Assembly: GCA_963692945.1 (NCBI GenBank)
Contig: OY843585.1
Coordinates: forward strand, 660,001 to 692,000
DNA length: 32,000 nt
Direction of reading: 5' to 3'
DNA from: Bdellovibrionales bacterium
GTDB lineage: Bacteria; Bdellovibrionota; Bdellovibrionia; Bdellovibrionales; UBA1609
Shown here: positions 17,081-23,914 of the stretch, in pieces
How the letters are laid out: every line of letters begins with the position of its first letter
How positions within the stretch are numbered: position 1 is the first letter of the stretch
Position numbers and translations under genes: made by a program
The notes under the pieces: model-generated
Database searches by the model: none
Told to the model about the DNA's origin: nothing
What the model saw: only the letters and a program-made list of their open reading frames with translations

Positions 17081-18463
17081 ATGAAATTTTTTACTCATTT
17101 GTTCATTCATCTGATTTTGATTTTTTCTTGTCATTTTGTTCTGAGTCAAAAATGTTTGAAGGTATTTGATGGTCCTACAAATTATTCCAGTCAAAAAGCC
17201 TTTGGTATAAAAGAACTGAATGATTTTGGTTTTATTCCAAAAACAGAGGAGAAAATTATCAAAAGAGTTCTTGCAGGGGAAGATATTAGACTGATTGATC
17301 TGAACCAAGTTAGAAAGAATTATAAAAATTTGCAATCTGTTTTTTCAGGATTTGATATTCATGTTGCCTATAAAGCCTTTTCTACCACTCGTGCCTTAGG
17401 TGTTTTAAATGAAGAATTTAATTCTAAATTTGAAATTGCAACTCTAGAAGAGTTTAAAGATTTAAAACGGAATGGTGTTTCTCCTAAAAATATTATATTC
17501 ACACATCCTGATAAAGATGCGTTAGAAATTTCTAAATCTTTTAAAGGAGGAATTAGAACTTATATTTCAGATAGTAAAGAGGATTTGAAGTTATTATCTA
17601 AATATGCCCCAAAATCTAAGATTCTAATTCGTGTTTCAACTGATTTTGGAATTCCAAAGAAGGCTACTATTAATAGTGAAGATATTGATAATTTTGATGA
17701 AAGGTTTGGTGTCTCTTTTGAAACTGCAAAAGAATTAATTTTTCTTGCTGGGGATTTAAATTTACAACCAGTAGGAGTGTCTTTTCATGTAGGAACTCAA
17801 ACAGAGGATGCAAGGGAATGGATAGAGCCTATTAAGAGAGCGGCAAAATTATATATGGAGATGAAAGAAGTGGGTGTTGATTTAAAAGTTTTAGATGTAG
17901 GCGGGGGATTGCCTATGAGATATAGAGAGGATATCCCTAAGTTGAAGGAATTTGGAAAAGTTATAAAGAAAACTTTATCTACTTATTTTATTGAAGGTAT
18001 TTATCCTGAAACTCTAATTATAGAACCCGGCCGATTTGTAACTGCTTCTGCGGGTATTACTATAGGTCGTGTTATCAATGTAAAACCAAGTCAGAAGAAT
18101 CCAGATGAGATTATTGTTACAGTTTCTACAGGGCAATACAGTGCAGGCATCACTCTTATAAGTTATGGACATGGGGTTTCTTTTTACACTTTAAAAAATA
18201 AGAATAAATGTTCTGTTCTTAAAGGTCATTCTGTTTTGGGGGATATTTATGGTAAGGCTTGTGCTTCAATAGATAAGATAAATTCTGTCAAAGAACCTAT
18301 TCCCTCCGATTTAAAATCAGGAGATTTAATAGTTGTCACAGGGACAGGAGCTTATTCTGGAGAGTTAGCGACTTCAAATTGGTGTGGTAAAAAAGCTCCA
18401 ACAGATATTATTTTTGATGGTAAAAGAGGTAACCTTGTTTATGAAGGGCAAGTTGGGTGTTGA
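17081..18463 (+). CDS. Fold-type III PLP-dependent decarboxylase, ornithine/lysine/DAP decarboxylase family, copy 1, with an N-terminal signal-peptide-like segment
   Basis: Start moved to ATG 17081 (MKFFTHLFIHLILIFSCHFVLSQ); the track start 17009 lies inside the third 55-bp repeat. Motifs are AYKAFS (PLP Lys context), SFHVGTQ, LDVGGGLP, IIEPGRF, YGKACASID (active-site Cys context) and GTGAYS. Confidence 0.85.
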   Translation: MKFFTHLFIHLILIFSCHFVLSQKCLKVFDGPTNYSSQKAFGIKELNDFGFIPKTEEKIIKRVLAGEDIRLIDLNQVRKNYKNLQSVFSGFDIHVAYKAFSTTRALGVLNEEFNSKFEIATLEEFKDLKRNGVSPKNIIFTHPDKDALEISKSFKGGIRTYISDSKEDLKLLSKYAPKSKILIRVSTDFGIPKKATINSEDIDNFDERFGVSFETAKELIFLAGDLNLQPVGVSFHVGTQTEDAREWIEPIKRAAKLYMEMKEVGVDLKVLDVGGGLPMRYREDIPKLKEFGKVIKKTLSTYFIEGIYPETLIIEPGRFVTASAGITIGRVINVKPSQKNPDEIIVTVSTGQYSAGITLISYGHGVSFYTLKNKNKCSVLKGHSVLGDIYGKACASIDKINSVKEPIPSDLKSGDLIVVTGTGAYSGELATSNWCGKKAPTDIIFDGKRGNLVYEGQVGC

Positions 18464-18474
18464 TTTTTTAACTG

Positions 18475-19746
18475 TTGAGAAGAGACTTGAATTTTAATCA
18501 GAAAAACTTTCAGATAAAAGAATTGAATGTTTTTGACTTTGTTCCTGTAACAGAAGAGAAAATCATTGAAAGAATCTTTTCTGGAGAAGATATTAGACTA
18601 GTTGATCTGAATCAAATTAGAAAAAATTACAAAAATTTGCAAACCGTTTTTTCAGAATTTGATATTTATCTTGCCTATAAAGCTTTTTCTTCAACTCGTG
18701 TCTCAAGTGTTTTGTATAAAGAATTCAATGCTAAGTTTGAAGTTGCAACTCTAGAAGAGTTTAAAGATTTAAAACGAAATGGTGTTTCTCCTGAAAATAT
18801 TATATTCACACATCCTGATAAAGATATGTTGGAAGTTTCTGAGTCTTTTAAGGGAGGAATTAGAACTTATGTTTCAGATAGTAAAGAGGATTTGGAATTG
18901 TTATCTAAGTATGCACCGAAATCTAAAATTCTAATTCGTGTTTCATCAACCAGTCTTCAACAAGATGAGGGTGAAACAGGTCATTTTGATGAAAGATTTG
19001 GAGTGTCTGTCAAAGATGCAAAAAAAATGATTATTAGAGCTGAGGATTTAAATTTAAAACCTATAGGTTTATCTTTTCATGTAGGGGTTCAAACGGAAAA
19101 TACAGAGGCATGGGCTAAACCTATTAAAAGGTCAGCCGAACTGTTTAGAGAAATGAAAAAAATGGGTGTTGATTTAAAAGTTTTAGATATAGGAGGGGGA
19201 TTTCCTATGAGATACAGAAAAAATATTCCAAAATTAGATCAGTTTGGGCAAGTCATAAGGAAACTGTTATCGGAGGAATTTTCAAAAGATATTTACCCTG
19301 AAACTTTAATTATAGAGCCCGGCCGATTTGTAAGTGCTTCTGCGGGTGTTACTATAGGTCGTGTTATCAATGTAAAACCAAGTTGGGAAAATCCAGATGA
19401 GACTGTTGTTACGGTTTCTACAGGACGATACAGTGCAGGCATTATTACTACAGGGTATGGTTTTTCTTTTTACACTTTAAAAAATAAAAATAAATGTTCT
19501 GTTCTTAAAGGTCATTCTGTTTTAGGAAATATTTATGGTAAAGCTTGTTCTGCTCTTGATAAAATAAGTGTTTTAAAAGAATCCATTCCCTCCGATTTAA
19601 AATCAGGAGATTTAATAGTTATCACAGGGACAGGAGCTTATTCTGGTGAAGTAGCGACTTCAAATTGGTGTGGAAAAAAAACTCCAACGGATATTATTTT
19701 TGATAGCAAAGTAGGGAAACTTATTTATGAAGCACAGCACTTATGA
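18475..19746 (+). CDS. Fold-type III PLP-dependent decarboxylase, copy 2 (paralogue of copy 1, no signal peptide)
   Basis: Same motif set (AYKAFS, SFHVGVQ, LDIGGGFP, IIEPGRF, YGKACSALD, GTGAYS). The start codon is TTG at 18475, and there is no in-frame ATG until about codon 118. Patches are near-identical to copy 1 at nucleotide level (17438-17518 vs 18745-18825 has 2 mismatches). Confidence 0.8.
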   Translation: MRRDLNFNQKNFQIKELNVFDFVPVTEEKIIERIFSGEDIRLVDLNQIRKNYKNLQTVFSEFDIYLAYKAFSSTRVSSVLYKEFNAKFEVATLEEFKDLKRNGVSPENIIFTHPDKDMLEVSESFKGGIRTYVSDSKEDLELLSKYAPKSKILIRVSSTSLQQDEGETGHFDERFGVSVKDAKKMIIRAEDLNLKPIGLSFHVGVQTENTEAWAKPIKRSAELFREMKKMGVDLKVLDIGGGFPMRYRKNIPKLDQFGQVIRKLLSEEFSKDIYPETLIIEPGRFVSASAGVTIGRVINVKPSWENPDETVVTVSTGRYSAGIITTGYGFSFYTLKNKNKCSVLKGHSVLGNIYGKACSALDKISVLKESIPSDLKSGDLIVITGTGAYSGEVATSNWCGKKTPTDIIFDSKVGKLIYEAQHL

Positions 19747-20384
19747 TTTACAATCGTTATATTTTATTAAAATTCAGTTTATTATTGACGGTTTTAAGTC
19801 TTGCTTCTTTTGCTTCATCACAAATGTTTAGAAAAAATTTTTGTAAAAAAAGTTTTTTAAAACAAAAAATAATTGTCCGAAATGGAGTAGAAATAAAAGG
19901 TCATCTTCATCCAAATGGAGGAGGTTTTGTAGCCAATACAGCTTATGTAGTTGAAACAGCTTATGTAGGTCCTGATGCTCAAGTTTTTGATGAGGCGAGT
20001 GTTCTTTATAAGGCACGAATTTCTGGTGAGGCACGAATTTCTGGGAAGGCTGAGATTTATGGAAGAGCAGTAGTTTTTGGTAAGGCTTTGGTTTCTGGGG
20101 AAGCACGAATTTATGGAAGAGCTTGGATTTTTGAGAACGCTCATGTTTCTGGTGAGGCTAAAATTTATAGTAAGGCTAAGGTTTTTGGAGAGGCTCAGGT
20201 TTCTGGTGAGGCACGAATTTCTGGGAAGGCTGAGATTTATGGAAAAGCACAAGTTTCTGGGAAGGCTCATGTTTCTGGAAGGGCTCGGGTTTATGAAAAG
20301 GCTCAGGTTTCTGGAAAGGCTCAGGTTTCTTCTTGGAGTCACATTTTTGGAAATGAAGTTGTTACTGAATCTTATTATTACTGA
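19743..20384 (+). CDS. Secreted hexapeptide-repeat protein (predicted left-handed beta-helix-like), about 24 consecutive xxxAx[IV] hexads
   Basis: MIYNRYILLKFSLLLTVLSLASFASSQ signal peptide, then SGEARI SGKAEI YGRAVV FGKALV SGEARI and so on. The ATG overlaps the decarboxylase-2 stop (ATGA at 19743-19746). Confidence 0.75.
   Translation: MIYNRYILLKFSLLLTVLSLASFASSQMFRKNFCKKSFLKQKIIVRNGVEIKGHLHPNGGGFVANTAYVVETAYVGPDAQVFDEASVLYKARISGEARISGKAEIYGRAVVFGKALVSGEARIYGRAWIFENAHVSGEAKIYSKAKVFGEAQVSGEARISGKAEIYGKAQVSGKAHVSGRARVYEKAQVSGKAQVSSWSHIFGNEVVTESYYY
19929..20363. repeat. 18-bp periodic coding repeat with a 180-bp higher-order duplication
   Basis: GCNNNNRTTTMTGGNRAR-type units. A 45-nt exact repeat occurs at 20020-20064 and 20200-20244, offset exactly 180 bp. 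All three plus-strand frames and one minus-strand frame stay open as a by-product. Confidence 0.85.
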
Positions 20385-20458
20385 CTATCTTGTTATTTTT
20401 TTTGTTCTTTAGAGATAAAAAACCCTTGCTATACCTCTTATATCTCAAAAATAATCTA

Positions 20459-20516
20459 GGCTAAAGGCTAAAGGCTAAAGGCTAAAGGCTAAAGGCTAAA
20501 GGCTAAAGGCTAAAGG
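20459..20516. repeat. Heptanucleotide microsatellite (GGCTAAA) x 8.3
   Basis: Perfect CTAAAGG x 8 at 20461-20516, preceded by GG. It is intergenic, 75 nt after the hexapeptide gene stop and 37 nt before the ATG at 20554. Confidence 0.98.
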
Positions 20517-20553
20517 TGTAAACAAATCTTTTTTATTATGCCAGAATAAATCT

Positions 20554-21000
20554 ATGAATAAAATTTTAATTTTACTGCTTTTTTTATGCTTTGGCTTACA
20601 AGGTTTTTATGTTTATTCAAAAAATATTAAAAAACCAGAAGTCATATATAAAAAAATGAACAACTGGCTTATAGGAGTTCAATCTAAAGAGGTTGCCTTA
20701 CTTGGTGTAAATAAAAATAAAAAAATTCTAACTATTTCTAAAAAAGAAGGATTTATTTTATTTATATCAGCTGAATATCAACCTGTTGCAAAATCAAAAA
20801 TTTTACAGTTAATAAAAGAATGGAAAGGAAATAAAAAGAGTTTAAGAATCAAAAAAAATAAAGATATAAAGATTTTTTCTTTTACAACTAAAAAAGAAGT
20901 GCATTTTTTTACGAATAGAGGAGGTTATTTGATGGCTAGTTTAGATTCTCTAAATAAATCCACATATGAAGAAGTTCAAAAAAGAGTTCAAATTTTATAA
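20554..21000 (+). CDS. Small secreted hypothetical protein (148 aa, lysine-rich)
   Basis: MNKILILLLFLCFGLQGFYVYS signal peptide. The stop overlaps the start of the next ORF (TAATG). No family recognised and no clear SD. Confidence 0.55.
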   Translation: MNKILILLLFLCFGLQGFYVYSKNIKKPEVIYKKMNNWLIGVQSKEVALLGVNKNKKILTISKKEGFILFISAEYQPVAKSKILQLIKEWKGNKKSLRIKKNKDIKIFSFTTKKEVHFFTNRGGYLMASLDSLNKSTYEEVQKRVQIL

Positions 21001-23243
21001 TGTATATTTTTATGAAATTTTTTATAGTAGTGTTTTTTTGTTTTTTGAGCTTCAACATAGAAGTCCAAGGACAAGGACATCTTCAAGGACAAGTGCACAC
21101 AGGGCAACCAGGAGTGCACACAGGACAAGGACAACCAACTTTAGGAAGTTTAGGAGATATTCTACGAGAATATGATGCAGACAATGCTTGTGGGACTGAA
21201 TTAGAGAAAACAAGAGAGAATTTAAATAATTTTATAAATGGGCTAGATAAAGCTAAACAAAATGATAAATGTAATTCAATAACAAAACATCTTAAACAAG
21301 GTATTCCTTCTTTACAAGATATTGAAAAAAACACAGTATCTGTTGATCTTACAAAGGAGCTAAATAAAGAGAAGAGAAAATTGCGAGCGATAAATAACAT
21401 TGGAGGACAAGAAGGTGGTCATCATCTTCTTCTTCATAAAGCAGGTATTGAAGCGAGGATATCAAGATTAAAAATGGAATTACGTCAAAATCAAACATCA
21501 AATAGTGGTGGATTAAAAGTGGTTAGTTACGCAGTAGTGATTAATAAGGCAGAAGAGTATTCAGAAAAGATACGATCGGCAATGGACAGCAATTGCTTTA
21601 CAAATAAAGAGACAAAACAACAGGCTTTAATAAGCTTAACAAGTCTTGCCGGTATGGCTTTAGGATCAAGTTCAGTGGGTTTAGGTCTTATATCTGCGAG
21701 TCGAATTGTAAGCACAGTTTTTAAGCTTACTAATAAAGATGAAGGTAAAGGTGTAAGAGAATGGATGGATGCTGTAGATATAAAATGTGCTTTTCAAAAT
21801 ATCAATAAACAATATTGTGAGTCTGTAAAAAGTAAAAAACAACAAAAACTTATTGAAAAAACAATTAAAAGTGAAAGTGAAGCAAGTTTTTGTGAAGATT
21901 GTTTAAATAACCGACCAGGATTTTTTAAGAATATAAATATCATTCCAAGAATAATAAATAAAATACTAGAAAAAGATGACAAAGATGATGATCGTTTGGT
22001 TAAATCTTTTGATGAATTCATGAAAAAGAAGCTCAATCCAGAACATTTAAAATCCATAGAGTTTTTCTCTGATTTATCACCAGAAGAATCAGAGAAGCTT
22101 AAAGAATACTACAATAAAGAATCAGAGAATTTAAAAAAACACTTCAATATAGACAATTTTGATCAGTACATTAAATTTCAAAAAAAACAATTAAAATCGC
22201 TTCAATCATCTGATTGGGATAAAATATTACAAATGAGTGAAGTAGTAAAAACACAATTAGAAGATGATCGAACCGTAAGTGAAAGTGAAGTATATGTTGG
22301 AACCTTAAGTGAAGAAGAAGTTAAAACCCAAAAAGAGCAATTTATAAAATGGTGTAAAAAAGCAGAATCATGTAAGGTCAATTCTGATGAGTCTTTAACC
22401 ATGAAAAATTCATTTATGAAATGGTGTGTAACAACAGATTCATGTAATATCAATCCTGATAAGATAGATGAAGCTATGGGTATTATAGATGTGATGAATG
22501 GAAAAATAGAAGAACTAGAAAAACTGCCAAAATCTGGATTATCAGGCAGAAAACAATCTACACAGAAAAGAAAATTAAAAATAGAATTTATGAAAAAAGC
22601 TAAAGAACTAAATTTAGATCATATGGCATCTATAATGGAATTAGAAAACCAACATAAAAAATATTTTGATGAAGAAGTACCTAAAATAAGAGAAGGAATT
22701 TCCGTAGTGATACCAAGAGCAATAGGAGTAGGAGTAGGTGTAAATTATCATTCTCTTGCAAATCCATACGATGTGTATGATCTATCAAATGACTCAGTTG
22801 AACGAGATGGGCAACTGAATGCTCGGAGGGCTGCTTTTTTAGGAATGAAAAGATACGCTGAAGCTGCTGGTGAAACTTTTAAATCAAATTTAATAAACGC
22901 AATTAATGTTTATAGTAAAGAATCGAATCATGAGAAGAACCTTGCTGAAATGTGTATGATTGCTTTAGGATCTGCTGTAAGTAACAACAACAAACTGAAC
23001 GATAAATGCGAATCAAAGTCATATAAGATAGAAACATTTACTATAGAATATGATGATTATAAAAATTTACCAGCTGAAGAACGGGTTTGTGTTTTTCAAG
23101 ATTTTAAATCTTGTGTAAGTGCTAAGGGTAATCCTCTTGCACCTTCTTGTATTGCAAACCAAAACCGTAAAGAAAAAAATGAAGAGGCTAATAAGCCGTC
23201 AAAAAGATCCTCTGAAAATAATTTAGGGGGAGGAAGCCAATAG
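21000..23243 (+). CDS. Large secreted hypothetical protein (about 745 aa); Q/G/H-rich N-terminus, K/E-rich coiled regions, scattered Cys
   Basis: Long uninterrupted ORF. The alternative start ATG 21012 gives MKFFIVVFFCFLSFNIEVQG. An internal duplicated motif is present (FIKWCKKAESCKVNSDE / FMKWCVTTDSCNINPDK). No family recognised. Confidence 0.7.
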   Translation: MYIFMKFFIVVFFCFLSFNIEVQGQGHLQGQVHTGQPGVHTGQGQPTLGSLGDILREYDADNACGTELEKTRENLNNFINGLDKAKQNDKCNSITKHLKQGIPSLQDIEKNTVSVDLTKELNKEKRKLRAINNIGGQEGGHHLLLHKAGIEARISRLKMELRQNQTSNSGGLKVVSYAVVINKAEEYSEKIRSAMDSNCFTNKETKQQALISLTSLAGMALGSSSVGLGLISASRIVSTVFKLTNKDEGKGVREWMDAVDIKCAFQNINKQYCESVKSKKQQKLIEKTIKSESEASFCEDCLNNRPGFFKNINIIPRIINKILEKDDKDDDRLVKSFDEFMKKKLNPEHLKSIEFFSDLSPEESEKLKEYYNKESENLKKHFNIDNFDQYIKFQKKQLKSLQSSDWDKILQMSEVVKTQLEDDRTVSESEVYVGTLSEEEVKTQKEQFIKWCKKAESCKVNSDESLTMKNSFMKWCVTTDSCNINPDKIDEAMGIIDVMNGKIEELEKLPKSGLSGRKQSTQKRKLKIEFMKKAKELNLDHMASIMELENQHKKYFDEEVPKIREGISVVIPRAIGVGVGVNYHSLANPYDVYDLSNDSVERDGQLNARRAAFLGMKRYAEAAGETFKSNLINAINVYSKESNHEKNLAEMCMIALGSAVSNNNKLNDKCESKSYKIETFTIEYDDYKNLPAEERVCVFQDFKSCVSAKGNPLAPSCIANQNRKEKNEEANKPSKRSSENNLGGGSQ

Positions 23244-23261
23244 GTAGAGCTGTAAGTTATC

Positions 23262-23357
23262 TTCTCTTATATATCCATTCACTGTGTATAATCTATCAAA
23301 AAACCCAGTTAAACAAAAAGAACAACTGAATGATCGGATGGCTGCTTTTTCAGGAAT
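23262..23357 (+). pseudogene. Orphan decayed fragment homologous to an internal segment (22751-22846) of the 747-aa gene
   Basis: Ungapped 96-nt alignment with about 20 mismatches by hand count. The same register translates to SLIYPFTVYNLSKNPVKQKEQLNDRMAAFSGI, versus SLANPYDVYDLSNDSVERDGQLNARRAAFLGM in the intact gene. Stops lie immediately upstream. Confidence 0.6.
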
Positions 23358-23374
23358 ATCAGCATAAATTAAGA

Positions 23375-23409
23375 TATATTTTTTGTGAAAAATTTTCACA
23401 AAAAATATA
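23375..23409. promoter_or_regulatory. 35-bp perfect palindrome containing TGTGA-N7-TCACA; candidate transcription-factor operator
   Basis: TATATTTTTTGTGAAAA-A-TTTTCACAAAAAATATA: 17-nt arms that are exact reverse complements around a single central A (23392). It sits 27 nt upstream of the -35 of the promoter below. Confidence 0.5.
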
Positions 23410-23435
23410 AAATTAACATTAAAATTCATATATAG

Positions 23436-23463
23436 TTGACTATTTTAGGAAAATTATTACAAT
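23436..23463 (+). promoter_or_regulatory. Near-consensus sigma70-type promoter (TTGACT-16 nt-TACAAT)
   Basis: TTGACT at 23436-23441 and TACAAT at 23458-23463, followed by a GGAGG SD (23482-23486) 5 nt before ATG 23492. Confidence 0.55.
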
Positions 23464-23491
23464 GGCAAAACCAAGTTAGATGGAGGTTTTT

Positions 23492-23914
23492 ATGGTTAAA
23501 TTTAAGTATTTGCTTCTTGTTTTTTCTTCTGCTTTAGTATTGTTTATTGGTCTAAGTGTTGCCCCTGTTTTGGCTCACAATGGTTATCCTGTTTATCCTC
23601 AACCAGTCGTTGTTCCACAGATTGTCCCACCAGTGTATCATTCCCCTTATAATGTTTGTGGTTATAATGCGTCTTCTGTTTGTACGACTCATTCTGGAAG
23701 ACAATGTAGATTGTTTGTAAATCACTACCAACCCAATTGGTTTTCAGCTTGTCTTTATGCTAATCCTTTTCTTCATGCCTGTGTTAATACACCCAACCAT
23801 TTTAGTGGAAATATAACTTTTCAACAGCAATGTGCTTTGAGAGGGTCTTCTTGTGTTTGTGCTTTTTCTGGTGTTAATGGTTACACTTATTATGAAGCAG
23901 GGTTTGTTTATTAA
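23492..23914 (+). CDS. Small secreted Pro- and Cys-rich hypothetical protein
   Basis: Start moved to ATG 23492 because the track start 23480 would place the GGAGG SD inside the CDS. MVKFKYLLLVFSSALVLFIGLSVAPVLA signal peptide, a Pro-rich stretch (YPVYPQPVVVPQIVPPVY), then 9 Cys. Confidence 0.65.
   Translation: MVKFKYLLLVFSSALVLFIGLSVAPVLAHNGYPVYPQPVVVPQIVPPVYHSPYNVCGYNASSVCTTHSGRQCRLFVNHYQPNWFSACLYANPFLHACVNTPNHFSGNITFQQQCALRGSSCVCAFSGVNGYTYYEAGFVY

Noticed and set aside
17057-17335. 92-aa antisense ORF over the start of decarboxylase 1
   Set aside because: Antisense to a well-supported CDS, with no signals.
19828-20412. Three additional ORFs over the hexapeptide gene (19828-20106 -, 19857-20342 -, 20077-20412 +)
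   Set aside because: They are artefacts of the 18-bp periodic repeat, which keeps several frames free of stops. Only the 19743 frame has a signal peptide, start coupling and a coherent hexad pattern.
20966-22453. Nested or antisense ORFs in the 747-aa gene (20966-21175, 21083-21400, 21527-21715, 21794-22057, 22202-22453)
   Set aside because: They are shadow ORFs. The first two are caused by the locally GC-rich Q/G/H repeat region.
23223-23429. 68-aa minus-strand ORF downstream of the 747-aa gene
   Set aside because: It runs antisense across the decayed gene fragment and the 35-bp palindrome, and it has no SD.
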